DNA of 64,000 nt from Elsinoe ampelina (taxonomy: Eukaryota): the NCBI GenBank assembly GCA_010093995.1, contig ML992505.1:746273-810272 (forward strand), written 5' to 3'. Below are positions 1-13,227 of the stretch, one piece after another. Made by a program: the position numbers and the translations under genes. The notes below the pieces were generated by a model. It did not search any database and was not told where the DNA came from. It was given only the letters and a program-made list of their open reading frames with translations. Position 1 is the first letter of the stretch. Every line of letters begins with the position of its first letter.

Positions 1-3000
1 TTAATCTCTTAAGTAATTGACTTATATAGTTAGTTAGTAAGGATTAAACTATTAGCTCTTCTCTACGTTAGAAATCTATAAGGTTAATAGGGTTAACTCT
101 TAGGATCTTAATGTATAAGAAGATTCTCCCTATAGGTGCTTTATTCTAAATAGGCTAATTTAGTTAGTCTATTCTAGATCTAACCTTAGTCTAAATCTAA
201 GTCGGTCTACTAACTAGTCTCCTAACTAGTGCTTAATTACTTATAGTATTAATCCTAATACTAAGATTAATATTACTACCTTTCTTAAACTTAGAGAATT
301 TAACATTTAGTAATACAATTACTACCTTCCTATTAGGTGCCTATATCTTGTATATCCTGTCGGTTCTATCTATATAGCTAAGGAATACTTCTACTCTCTC
401 TCTATCTATAAGCTTGTCTTTTCTTCTATGTATAGAAAGGGACTTTAGGTTTATATAGGTGTATACCTTATAGCCCTAGACCCTAATATAATTAACTAAT
501 AGCTTAATACCTATATAGGCCTTAATAGATATAACTTGCTTATTATTAATTATAGGTCTAGTTACTGTTCTATTTCTTAGATATATATCTACCTAAACTA
601 CTTTAGGCTAGAACTTATTTAGTATTCTTAAGTCCTTAAGTATTACTCTTATACTATTCTCTAAGGTTTAGATATCTTTCTCTACTAGTCTATTCTAAAT
701 TAAATTATATAGCTTAGTAGTTGTGTAATAGATGCCTTCTTAGCGCTTCTACTACTTTAGAATCTTATTAAGTTCACTAGTATTATCTAATCTAGTGACC
801 TTAACCTTAGTATTACTCTTCTTCTTAACCCTTAGCTTCTACTTAATAAGCCTTTATAGAGCTTTATTTCTTGTCTTAAGTGGTATAATCTATGTCATCC
901 TTAAGTAGCTATCTATAAGCTTAAGGAAGTATCTAAATCCTTCCCTACTTACTTTAATAGAACTATAGATATCTATATAGATAAGCTAAAGAACCTCGGG
1001 TCTTCTTTGTAAGGTTTTGCCTCTTCTATTCCTTATCTTAGTAAGGGAACAGACCTTATATAGAATAGACAGATTATAGTTTAGGTTAATAAGTTTCTTA
1101 AGAGTTATAACTTTATAAAGATCCTTAAGCTTCTTAATCCTAAGGTAAGTAAATCTCCTATGCTAGAGCTAATACTCTATCTTAGAGTTGTTAGGTCCTA
1201 AGTTAATAAGATTCTCTTATTACTTATCCTAGGTTAGATATATATACTTAGTCTATAATGTAATTATAGACTAGGTAGCAAGGAATACTAAATCCTAATT
1301 AGCTAGATCTAGAATTAAGCCGGGCTTAGATCTAGAATGCGGCTTTTAATTAGCTAATTACTTAAAGAGGGATTAGATAATATATACCCCCCCTCGAATT
1401 CTAGCTTTAAGCAGTAGTTACTTCTACTAATTAAGGACAAGAAAAGAATTTAAATTAAGAACTCTAGAAACCTCTAAATCTAAGTATAGCTTATAATAGA
1501 AGACTAAATTTACACTAAGATTAGGTATATAAAGAGCCTATACCTTTATCTTATTTCTCTTCTTAGTCTTAATAACTATAGTTCCTATTAACTATAACTA
1601 AAGGTAACCCCCCCTAACCTAGATCTATTAAGTGTAAATCTTACTTAATAGGCCCCTAAAGAGAGTTAGCTTATCTATTATATAGTTAGATACTCTAGAG
1701 TTAAGCATCTACTAATAGTATAGAAGCTTACCTTAAACCTCTAATGTAGAACCTATAGTCTTAAGCTCTTTATCACTAGAAAGGACTTCTAGTAGTAGAG
1801 ATAGAGATATTAATAGTAGACCTCCTTTAGTAGCTAGATAGGCTTTGCCTTTCCTCTTTAACTTAGCTACTTTAAGAGAGTCTATCCTCTTAGTAAGCTA
1901 CCTTATAAGTCTAATTAGTTCCTAACGTTTAGGTAACTATTTCCTTATAGAGCTACTCCTTTTAGTAACTCTATAGGATAGCTAGACATGCTTCTTAGCT
2001 TATTAGAGATAAGGACACCTAGAAATAGTATATCTAGGTTCCTTACATAAGATATATATATAGCTTAAGCTTCTACTAGTTCCTTGTTATAGTCTGCCTC
2101 TTATAAACATTGCTATGTCTAGCTTCTTCCTCTAATTCTCTTTCTCTCTTAGAATGCTTAGGATAGTTTTAATATCTAGCCTAGGCTAGACATCGATACT
2201 ATCCCTAATAGATTACTAAGATTCTAAGAGAGCACTAAGGAGTTGCTATAGCTTAGTAATAGAGAGTTCTATCTACCTAGCTTTAGGTATAATATAGATA
2301 ATTCTCCTTACTAGCTAAGTTAGATATGCCTAGGCTTCTATAATAGAGATCTTCTCTAATATAGTATAGTTAGAGAACTCCTTTATAAGCTGCCTACCTA
2401 TAGATATAAGCCTCTTAGTATATTTAGCCTTAAGTATATTCTATGCCTACCTTGCTCTTATCTTGCCTTAGATAAGGAGGTTATCCTTATAGTTAATATA
2501 AAGCTTAATCTAGTATAGACAAAGAGCATTAGCCTTTCTAGTCTATAGTAAATACTAGAACTAAGCAATTAGTGTAGAGGTAGTTAAGGAGGATAGTGTA
2601 TTTAATAAAGAAGCTATTAATAATAATAGTAATTTAAGATTAGCTATATTATTATTAAGGATATAGGTAACTTCTTTTATCTTAAGCTATAATTTTATTA
2701 TACTAAACTAGTGCTTGTAGTTTTCATAGCTAAGTTCGGCTATAGACTTTCTAATTAATAATGTATCTATAGCGGAGAATAAAAATTAAATAAATAGATA
2801 AAGGTTAAGTTCCGGAGATTAATAACCTTTAAGTTAATATAGTTAATAAGGCTAGCTTAGCCTTAGAAAGAACAATTAATAAAAATAAAGTTGTTTAGTT
2901 ATTTATAGCTAATAAATAGCAGCTGTTATGTAATTATAGAAATAAATCTATAGTAGACGTCTTAATTACGTCCTACTTAATATACTAAGTAACTAGTCTT

Positions 3001-3147
3001 TTACGCTTTATACCGCCTCTACTAATCTATCTAAGATTAAGATAATAGAGGGGAAACGGAGGAGAATACTAATAGAATCCGGCCTAATTTTAATAACGTA
3101 GATGCTTAACTACGGTATATATAATTCTATACTTATACTATAGCCCC

Positions 3148-3159
3148 GGGCTTATAACC
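3148..3159 (-). other. Primer-binding site of copia element A
   Basis: Minus strand reads ...CA|GGTTATAAGCCC, a RIP variant of the GGTTATGAGCCC PBS typical of fungal copia elements. Confidence 0.75.
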
Positions 3160-3358
3160 TGTTAAGTAGAAGGCACGTTTAGAGGTAGAATATTATATAG
3201 AACTAATCGTATACTAGTTAGGTAATAGACGAGTTAATTAAAAGAAGTCTATCTACTAGAAGAAAGAATAGCTATAAATCTCTAGGCCTTAGCATTACAT
3301 GACTTAAGGTTATATAACTTTATAGCCTAATTATCTAGAGAGAGCTATATTCTTAACA
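3160..3358 (-). repeat. 5' LTR of copia element A (~199 bp)
   Basis: Bounded by inverted termini tgttaag...cttaaca and directly adjacent to the PBS. Confidence 0.8.
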
Positions 3359-5027
3359 TTTATTAAGATATTAAGACTTAGAAAAAGAAGAAGAAAACTA
3401 GTATATAAAGCACACGTAATATTAAGAGTAGAGCGGCTAGAAGCCTAGGCTATAATACTAAGATTACATAACTAATTTAAACTATATCTTAACTAAATTT
3501 AGTTTATATCTATCTTATATTACTACTTCCTCTCTTAAACGTATTTACTCTTAAATACTATTATATAGTTCGTTCCTTATTAATCTAGCTTAGATAAGGC
3601 TTATCTATATAAGAATCTAGATAGTTATATAGTATATTAGCTACTTCTTTAAGATTGTTAATTAACTACTAGGTAAGATTCTCTAGATAGCTCTTCTAGC
3701 TTATATAAGTAACTAGCTTCCCTTATAGTATATGTATATTAATTATATCGTCTACCTTATACTCTTTCTTACTATTAACCTCTACTAGAGGTAGTTCCTT
3801 AAAGGCTTAGCCTAGTAAGGGGTTATTTAGATACTTAGTAAGAAGGTTAGCATAGAACATAGAGTAAATTCTTTATAGTATAGCTAGTAGATTAAGCTTA
3901 TACACTAATAGTAACTGCTTTTCGAGGATCTTATAAGGACTAATATACTTTAGTAGTAGCTTTAGATTGCCCTATAGCCGGAGGTTCTTCGTCGATAACT
4001 ATACTAAATTACTAGCTTTAAACTCTATTAGCTAGTAGTATTTATTAGCTTACTCTACTATTCGTAACTAAGTAATAGTAAGGTTAGCTTTAGTAATAGT
4101 AAGGGCTTCTTCTAGTTGTTTAGTAAGCGCGCGAATATTAGCCTTATTAAGCTTAGCTCTTATTAATAGTGCATCGGAAGAGAGCTAGAAGCTTAGCCTT
4201 AGCTTATATTCTCTTATAACCTTAAATAGTAATAGCTTAGTACTTTCCGAGGGGTTAGTATTAGTAAAGAACTCTATAACTAGTAGGACAAGAGTCTAAT
4301 TACTAAACTATATTATATAGGACTAGATAACTCGTTTAAACTCTTAGTTTATAACTTCTAATTAGCTGTCTATTTAAGAGTAGCTAGTAGTAGATAGCTT
4401 AGCTATAATCTTTAGAATCTAGTAGAGCCTCTTCTATACGTCGCTAACGAACTAAGGGCCGTAGTTAGAGGTAATACTATCTAGTAGGCTATGTAGTTTC
4501 TATACGTAGAAGAATAATAGCTTAGCTATCTCGAATATAGAGGTCCCTTCTTCTCCCTAGAAGTAAGAGATTAAGTGTCGCTTCTTAGATAAGTAATCGA
4601 TAATATATAGCGCTATATTATAGCTATCTACTAGGGGTAGGCTAGCAACAAAGTCTATAGTAATATATTACTAAGGTCTCACCGGAATAGGTAATAGTAA
4701 TAGGAGACTAGCTAGTAAGCTATAGCGAGCCTTTAAGCGCTTATAGTTGTAATAGTTAGCGACGAACCTCTTAACGTTAGAATTGTACCTAGGGATATAG
4801 AAAGTAAACTTAATTATAGTAGCTGTCTTAGTAGCTCCTTTGTATATATAATTCTTTAATATATAGACCCCTTAGATAACTTTCGTAGCTATAGAGAAAG
4901 GCACGATTAATCGGCCGGCGGCGTATAGTATTCCCTTCTTAATTATAACATTAGTCGATAGTAACTATTTCCTCTTTAGGAAGGCTTCTATTATATAGTA
5001 AATACTGTAAACTATCTCGAAGTTAGA
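3359..5027 (-). mobile_element. Chromoviral Ty3/gypsy element B, 3' part (integrase, chromodomain, PPT, interrupted 3' LTR 3359-3522)
   Basis: Integrase zinc-finger/core region ~4000-4950. Chromodomain-like EYEVDDII..YLxxWKGY..TW ~3620-3770. PPT (minus ttaagagaggaagtag) at 3523-3538. 3359-3522 is a direct repeat of 22974-23137. Confidence 0.8.
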
Positions 5028-5490
5028 TGTTATAAACTGTCTAAACATAGTCTACGCTAGTAGTCTAAGCTAAGCTAAGAATAAGAGAGTTCTACTTCTA
5101 TAGTAGTATAGTACTAAGGTAAGAGTTAGAGAAGATATGTCTTATAGATAATAAAGTACAATTAGATAGTATTATAAAGGCTAGCCTTAGCAATACTAGT
5201 GTTCGCTATCTAGACGAGGTTAACTATAGTACTTATATAAGGTAAGGACTATTCCTATATATATATATTCTCCCTTGTGTTCTCTATATGCTCTATATAC
5301 TCCGTAGCGAGAGTCGGAGGTAATATAGAGTATACGTCCGCTAGTAACCTATGCGCTTTATAGTTTTAGAGGTAGAGCTACTAGAGAAGATAGAGAACTA
5401 AGTAAACGTTAGGCTAGGTTACGTAATAATCTTAGTAGCTTAATTAGTCCTAACGTCTCTACGTTCTAGCTGTCCTACTAGTTTATAACA
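5028..5490 (-). repeat. 3' LTR of element C copy 1 (463 bp)
   Basis: tgttataaac...gtttataaca termini; matches 11580-11727, 12202-12604 and 21281-21743. Confidence 0.92.
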
Positions 5491-5564
5491 TTACTCTCCT
5501 CCTTTAATCGAGTTGTCCTAACAAGTAAGTATTCTTTCTTACCTTTACGCGCTATATACTAAAT

Positions 5565-6113
5565 ATGCCTTCTAGTTGTCGAAGGCATAGTAAATCTAGT
5601 ATATCTACACGAAAGAATCTCTCTAAGTTTATTAAACTATTTAGAACTAATATACTATAGGCTTATTCTTATTATAAATTAAAGGGGCTAGACTATAAGG
5701 TCTATGTTTAGTCGGGTATCTATAGCTAGTATATCGTAAGTAACTACTTAGGTTATAATATTTAGGTAACAAAATTAGAATAGTAGTGTCTCTAGTCTAA
5801 GTACATTTATTTACGAAAGAAATTAGTTATAGCTAAGGCTACTAGAAGGAAAGCTAAAGAAGCTTATAAAAAGGTAAAAGAGACTTATTAAAGAGCTATA
5901 GGTAATAAGCTTCGCCTACGCGAAGAGATATAAAAGTTAGAGAACAAGGTAGAGAAAGTAATCTCTTTAGAGGAGACCCGTATTTAAGTCCTAGAGTAGG
6001 AGGAAATACTATTGTTAGTAGATCCCGTTCTACTATAGAATTAGTAGTTATTTATACCTAACTCTAATTAGAGTTCCTTATTTAGTAATAATTAGAGCGC
6101 TTCTATTAGTTAA
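5565..6113 (+). pseudogene. RIP-degraded antisense ORF inside element C copy 1: Zn2Cys6-spaced motif plus coiled coil (~182 aa; end uncertain)
   Basis: ATG at 5565. All in-frame stops are TAG/TAA, derivable by RIP. TAT codons at 5664, 5673, 5694, 5721, 5730 and 5754 are spaced C-x2-C-x6-C-x8-C-x2-C-x7-C, followed by an E/K/A/R-rich helical segment. Confidence 0.6.
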
Positions 6114-9100
6114 GTAGTCTTTCTTAGGCATTCTCGTTTTTATTTAGTGTTAGTAGCGTTAGGTCCGCCTAGTCGGTTTACTTAGGATAGGTTTTTAGTT
6201 TAATAATCTAGAATTATTTACGAGGTAAGGTGTTTCTCTAGTTCCTATATTGCCTTACTATACTAATGTCCTTTCTAGTAGATAAGATAGTAACGTTTTT
6301 CTCTTATAGATTTATAACGTAAAACTCTTTTAATCTTATATCGTAGCTCCTATGTTTCTTTATCTAGTTTAATAGGTCTAGGTACTATGTCCTATAGTGC
6401 TTTCTCTAATAGTAATATATAAAAGACTAGGTAGATCCTTATATATCTAGGTAGTTCTAGTTTATATACGTTTTTGTTTTTCTTTTCTAGGATCTTAAAG
6501 GGTCCTAGTTTAGTATAGTTAAGTTTCTTACTCGGTCGTTTCGTTTTAATGTTTTTACTAAGGAGGTAAACCTTCTCTCTCTCCTATAGAATTAGTCCTA
6601 TAATTCTCTTCCGGTTAGTAAACTCTACTATTCTTTATGATATAAATACTATATTATAGTATAGCTAGTTATATAGTTTCTTAATGTTAGCTACTAGTAT
6701 ATTAGTATTCTTAGATATTAGCTTAATTCTAAGTGTGTTATAGTATAGATCCGGGTGTATTCTATAGTTTATATAGAATAGTAAAATTCTATTCGCTAAC
6801 TTTCTATTATTAATAGCGAGCTCTATAAGTAGTAATAGCGTCGCCTATAAGTCTTACTTATAGTTTAGGTAGTATTATAGGTACTACTCTAGTACTTAAT
6901 TTGCCTATTTAGTTTGTCTATCCGTTTATAGGTAAAAGGAGATTAATAGCTTATGTTTAACTCCTAGTAGGTCTATAAATAATTACTAGAATTGTGACGT
7001 AAATAGCTTATCTCTATTAGTTATTAGGTCTCGTAGTACTCTATATTATAAAATAATTATTTAGAGGAAGATAAAGACTATATCCTTAGTAGTTGCTATT
7101 GTCTTATATAGTACAAAGTAGTAATACTTCGTAAACCTATCTACTAGAACTAAAATACTATTGTACTTTACACTTATAAGAGGTTCTTCTAATAGTAGTA
7201 GAGGTCCTATAAAGTCTATCGTAACTAATTACTATAGTTTGTCTAGTAGTAGTAAGAGTTATAGTAGGCTATATAGTTTATATCGAGAGTGCTTAGACTT
7301 ATAGTATATATCGTAGGCAGCGATATACGTCTTAATATTGTTTCGGAGTTCTTTCTAGAGGTAGTTTTATATAATAAGTTTAATAGTCTTATCGATCCTA
7401 CTATGTCCCGCCATTAAGTTATTATAGTATATTTAAATAACTTCTTTCTTCTATTCTTACGTAAGCTCCTAGGTAAGACTATATAACTACTCTACCTTCG
7501 GGTGCTTATAGACTAAAGCGCTATCCTACTACTTTAGTATAGAGGCCTCTATTATTGTTATATTTTTTAAGTAATCTAGCTAGCAGCTAAGAGTGTCTAC
7601 TTTACTATTCTCTAATCCCTTAACATAGTAGATCTAGAAGTTATAGCTTATAAGTGTTTCTAACTATCGAACCTGTTATCTATTAAGAACCTTAGTTATT
7701 GTCTAATATAGAAGGTTCTTATAGTTAGTATAGACTTATACGAGTAAGGTTATCCCTTCTAAGTATACTCTCTATTCGTAGAACGCTTTTATAATTATAA
7801 GTAATTCCTTGTCGTGTATATTATAGTTAAGTTTAAGTCTAGTCATTTTTTGTAAGTAGTATATAATTAGGTAGCGTTGTTCTTCTATGTCCTTTTACAC
7901 TAGATACGCTTCTATCGCAAAGTCCGAGGCATCCGTTTCTAGTAGTACTTATTAGTCTAGGTCGAAGAGTACTAGGATAGGTACTATTATAAGTCTAAAC
8001 TTTAGCTTCTTAAAGGCCTACCTACATCTCTTGTTAAAGACAAAGCTAGTTTCCTTTTTCGTAAGGTTAGATATTAGCGTAGCTACCTTAGAGAATTCTT
8101 TAATAAACTTATAGTAGTAGTTAAAGAACTCTAGTAGCGCTTAAATCTCCTTAACTATCGTAGGTTCCGGCTAGTTATTTACTAACTTAATCTTTCTCGG
8201 ATTAGGTCCGATACTATTAGTAGATATAATATAGTCTAGAAATTATATCTTATATTTATAAAACTTACACTTAGAGAGCTTTACTAGTAGGTCTTTTTCT
8301 TTTAGTTTCTATAGCACTTTACGAATATGTCCTATATGTTTGTTATATGTCTTTAAGAAGATAATAATATTGTCTAAATATGCTAAGATAAAGTCGTTAA
8401 GGTATTCTTATAGAGTGTTATTAATTAACTCTTAGAAGGTTATAGGAGTGTTAGTTAACCTAAAGGGCATAACGAGGTACTTATATAGACTCTATTATGT
8501 CCTAAAAGTCGTTTTTTACTCCTTGCTCTCCTTTATTTATACTTAATAATAGGCGTCTCTAATGTTAATTACGGTAAACTATTTAGCTCTAAGAAGTTAG
8601 TCTTAAAGTTTGTTAATCCTTAGTAGGGAATAGTAATTCTTCCTAGTAAGTATATTAAGTTTCTAGTAATTAATATATATTTATAACATTCTATCCTTTT
8701 TAGGTGTAAAAAGCACTCTATATACAATAGGTAATTTTAATAGTTATATAAATCCTTTAAGTAAGTACTTATTAATATAGTTCTTAAGGATGTTCTTCTC
8801 TTATTTCGATAGTAGTATAAGACCTTAATAGTGTATTAGGGATTTACTCTTTTTAAAAGGTATTTCGTAATTCTATAGTTTATATTAGAGTAAGGCTATA
8901 ATACTTTTCCTTTCTTTAAATAAGTCCTTAAAGTCTTTATATTTTAGCGAAAGTACTTAATTACTTACGCTAGCGATAGTCTTAACTATTAGTTATACCT
9001 ATACTGTCCTTATAGTTAGTATCTACGGAGCTAATTATACTCTCTATATCCTATAATTACACTTAGGGAATTCGAGTGTTTCTTTAATCTAGTCTACGTC

Positions 9101-11579
9101 TAGATTATATTATTAAAGCTAGTCTATACTAAGTACTATATTATACTATATATTAACTATATCGATTAATCGTTTTTCTATATATGTTTCGATTTTAATT
9201 ATAACGTTTTATAGTTTCTAAGTGACTTTCCCGTTCTTCCCTATAAGGGTTCTATCTACTATAGTAAGTAGGTAAGGTAACTCCTTCTAGTATTAATAAG
9301 GTTTAAGCTAATTAGTAACTGTTATAGAGACGTAGCTATAGTTAGCTTCTAAATCTATTATTACTCTTACCTTACTCCCTTGTATTTTAACTTCTAGTAT
9401 AAAGTAGTTTAATATATAGATCTTTATTATATTAAGGCTTTAGCTAGTGTTATTGTCTTACCTTATTAGGCAATAACTAGCTAGTTTTTTGTCATTATAG
9501 CTCCTTAGATAAGTAGCTAATCCCTTCCTATACGTATCTACTATTAGTACTATATCTATTAGGCAAGTTATGTTTTGTCGCTATTTAATATAGTAAGGTA
9601 AACTTCTAGCGCCTAAGTCCCTTAGTAACTATAAAGTCTAATAATTCTCTACTAGTTACACTAAGTAGTGTTATACACCCGTATAGGTATAACTATTCCT
9701 TCTAGGTGTAGCTAGGCGTTAGTATTAAAGACGAAAACAGGTTATGTAGATTTATCTTATCGCGTCCTATTCTAGTAGTAGGTGTATATTATTATATAAT
9801 TCCTCTATATCCCTATAAGGTATACTTTAAGTCGTCCGCTTAATAGTAGTATATCGTCGTTATTGTTAGATAAGTCTCTATCTATGTTATTATATTATAG
9901 TTGTTTAGTGTATTCTTTGTTATATTTCTCTTTATTGCTACTACCTCCGGCATAGTTATAGTTAGTAAGGCTACACTAAGTATATTCCTATACTTAGCTA
10001 TAGGGAATAGTACTACCTCTTTCGATTACTAAGAAGTCCGTAGTGTATTTAAGACTAATAGTCTCTTCTCTAAGTATATTATGTAAGTAAATAGTATAGT
10101 ACTATTCGCAATTTAGATTTATATATTTCTAGAGCGACATATAATATACCTTTCCTTATAGTTTGCTATAAGAGCTAAAGGTAAGACTACTATATTATTA
10201 TATAGCACTTACGTTCTAATACTTCGTCTTAATAATTGTATATTAGTAATTGTCGCTAACTACCTTCTAAGGCTAGTTACTATTACTACTAATTATAGAG
10301 AGCCCTTCTAGGTTAGGTTCCTAGTCTAGCTATTTCGTTAGTTACCTACGCTTAGATAGCTTATATAGGAACTATCTAGATCCTTGCTTGTCTAATAAGT
10401 AAATATAACAAGAGTTATTATAATATACTATCTATAATAGCGTTACGTGTTAGCTTTGTTATTTACTATTAGTCGTAGAGATATTAAGTATAATATCTAG
10501 AGAGGATTCTACTACCTCTCGAGTTATTATAGACTTCTTCTATGTTTCCTTACCTACGCTAAAGGTCGTTAGGTCTTCTATAGTAGTATTAGCCTTTTTT
10601 TCTACTAGCCTGGTAACTATTATATATAATTTATTAGCTAGCGCCTCTTATTAGTAGTCCCTAGCCTAATGCCTAGGTCTTTTATACTTAAAATATAAGT
10701 TGTCTCGTCTATACTTCTCTCTCTCTTTTTTACTAAGGAACTTTCCTCTATAGCTATAGTCTCGTACTTATAAGAGGTAGCCTTTACGTATAGTATTAAG
10801 TTCTATAGGGTCTCTATAGTTTCGAGAGAAACGCGTATATCTAGTGTTTACCTTATATCCTATATAACATTCTATATGTCGTTTATAAAGTCTATTATTA
10901 ATAGTAATTATAGTGTTTACTAGTTCCTAAAGACTATCGGGCAGCTTAAGTATTATTTAGTCTTTAACTAAGTCGCTTAGTCCTTAATAGAATACTAAGT
11001 ATTTAGTACTATCGTCCTAGTCTAGATATATTACAAGTTGTTAGAACTAGGAATAGTACTAGGCTATAGACCTACGTTGTTATAGTTGTCAAATCTTCGT
11101 TATAGCGATATATTCCTTATTAGATACGTTAAAGACTTACTTAATCTTTGCCTAGAAGATACTAAAGCTCTTAAAGATAGCTTTTATATCTAGGCCTAGT
11201 TATCTATCTAGGTAGCTACTTATATAAGGCTCGAACTACCCGAAGGTAGCGCCTTTAAGGTGTATCCTAGTATAGAGGACCTTTACTGCGTCGTTAGCGT
11301 ACTTATCTCCTTCTAGGGCAAAGAAGGCTTTAAGTTAAATAAGAAAGCGCCTTAAGTAGGCGTAGTTCCTATAGAAGAGTTCTACCTCTAACTTAGGCCT
11401 ACTTCGTTCTTCTATACTAAAAGACCTTCTATGTTCGCCCGAGGTTAAACTAGTAGTAGATATATCGTTAATAGTAAGCTTTCCTAGCTTACTAGTAATC
11501 GAAGATACTAATAGTAACTTAGAGCAAGAGTTACTTATTAACCTTATAGCGTACTATACTATAGTAAGAGTAGTTAAAA

Positions 11580-11727
11580 TGTTATAAACCGTCTAAACAT
11601 AGTCTACGCTAGTAGTCTAAGCTAAGCTAAGAACGAGGGAGTTCTACTTCTATAGTAGTATAGTACTAAGGTAAGAGTTAGAGAAGGTATATCTTATAGA
11701 TAATAAAGTACAATTAGATAGTATTAN
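11580..11727 (-). repeat. LTR of element C, truncated by assembly gap
   Basis: First 148 bp of the 463 bp LTR, starting tgttataaac. Confidence 0.9.
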
Positions 11728-12201
11728 NNNNNNNNNNNNNNNNNNNNNNNNNNNNNNNNNNNNNNNNNNNNNNNNNNNNNNNNNNNNNNNNNNNNNNNNN
11801 NNNNNNNNNNNNNNNNNNNNNNNNNNNNNNNNNNNNNNNNNNNNNNNNNNNNNNNNNNNNNNNNNNNNNNNNNNNNNNNNNNNNNNNNNNNNNNNNNNNN
11901 NNNNNNNNNNNNNNNNNNNNNNNNNNNNNNNNNNNNNNNNNNNNNNNNNNNNNNNNNNNNNNNNNNNNNNNNNNNNNNNNNNNNNNNNNNNNNNNNNNNN
12001 NNNNNNNNNNNNNNNNNNNNNNNNNNNNNNNNNNNNNNNNNNNNNNNNNNNNNNNNNNNNNNNNNNNNNNNNNNNNNNNNNNNNNNNNNNNNNNNNNNNN
12101 NNNNNNNNNNNNNNNNNNNNNNNNNNNNNNNNNNNNNNNNNNNNNNNNNNNNNNNNNNNNNNNNNNNNNNNNNNNNNNNNNNNNNNNNNNNNNNNNNNNN
12201 N
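11728..12201. other. Assembly gap (474 N)
   Basis: Run of N. The two flanks share an identical 88 bp LTR segment. Confidence 0.99.
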
Positions 12202-12678
12202 AGTTCTACTTCTATAGTAGTATAGTACTAAGGTAAGAGTTAGAGAAGGTATATCTTATAGATAATAAAGTACAATTAGATAGTATTATAAAGGCTAGCC
12301 TTAGCAATACTAGTGTTCGCTATCTAGACAAGGTTAACTATAGTACTTATATAAGGTAAGGACTATTTCTATATACATGTGTTCTCTATTACGTTCTTTA
12401 TATGCTCTATATACTCCGTAGCGAGAGTTAGGAATAATATAGAGTACACGTCCGCTAGTAACCTATGTGCTCTATAGTTTTAAAGGTAGAGCTACTAGAG
12501 AAGATAGAGAACTAGGTAAATATTAGGCTAGGTTACGTAATAATCTTAGTAGCTTAATTAGTCCTAACGTCTCTATATTCTAGCTGTCCTACTAGTTCGT
12601 AACATTACTCTCCTCCTTTAATCGAGTTGTCCTAATAAGTAAGTATTCTTCCTTGTCCTTACGCGCTATGTACTAAAT

Positions 12679-13227
12679 ATGTCTCCTAGTTGTTAAAGGT
12701 ATAGTAAATCTAGTATATTTATACGAAAGAATCTCTTAGAGTTTATTAAACTATTCGGAACTAATATACTATAGGCTTATTCTTATTGTAAATCGAAGGG
12801 GCTAGACTATAAGGTCTATATTCGGTCGGGTATCTATAGCTAGTATATCACAAGTAACTACTCGAGTTATAATATTTAAGTAACAAAATTAGAATAGTAG
12901 CGTCTTTAGTCTAAGTATATTCGTTTACGAAAGGAATTAGTTATAGCTAAGACTACTAGAAGAGAAGCTAAAGAAGCTTATAAAAAGGTAAAAGAGGCTT
13001 ATTAAAGAGCTATAGGTAATAAGCTTCGCCTATGTAAAGAGATATAAAAGTTAGAGGACAAGGTAGAGAAAGTAATCTCTCTAGAAGAGACCTATATTTA
13101 AGTCTTAGAGCAGGAGGAAATGCTATTATTAGTGAATCCCGTCCTACTATAGGACTAGTAGTTATTTATGCCTAACTCTAATTAGAGTTCCTTACTTAGT
13201 AACAATTAAGGTGCTTCTATTAGTTAA
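12679..13227 (+). pseudogene. Antisense Zn2Cys6-like/coiled-coil ORF relic in element C copy 2
   Basis: Colinear with 5565-6113 (offset 7114, no net indel). ATG retained. The second Cys codon is still TGT at 12787-12789. Confidence 0.6.

Larger units (their letters stand above)
1..3358 (-). mobile_element. Ty1/copia LTR retrotransposon A (5' LTR, gag, PR, integrase; RT/RH lie left of the window), RIP-degraded
   Basis: Minus-strand motifs after reversing RIP: CCHC knuckle ~2010-2065, LDSGASNHM-like protease ~1675-1710, LWHRRFAHLG pre-integrase motif ~1135-1170, integrase core ~560-1000. PR-INT order and a copia-type PBS. Confidence 0.85.
5028..11727 (-). mobile_element. Chromoviral Ty3/gypsy element C, copy 1 (~7 kb, structurally complete, RIP-inactivated)
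   Basis: LTRs at 5028-5490 and 11580->gap; PPT 5491-5507. Minus-strand motifs: gag CCHC ~10650-10700, protease IDSGA ~9345-9365, RT MPFGLTN ~8450-8470 and YLDDI ~8365-8385, RNase H ETDASDFA ~7915-7940, integrase GH.G..KT ~7390-7415, HPQTDGQTE ~6910-6935, GPF ~6500, chromodomain ~6215-6340. Confidence 0.92.
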
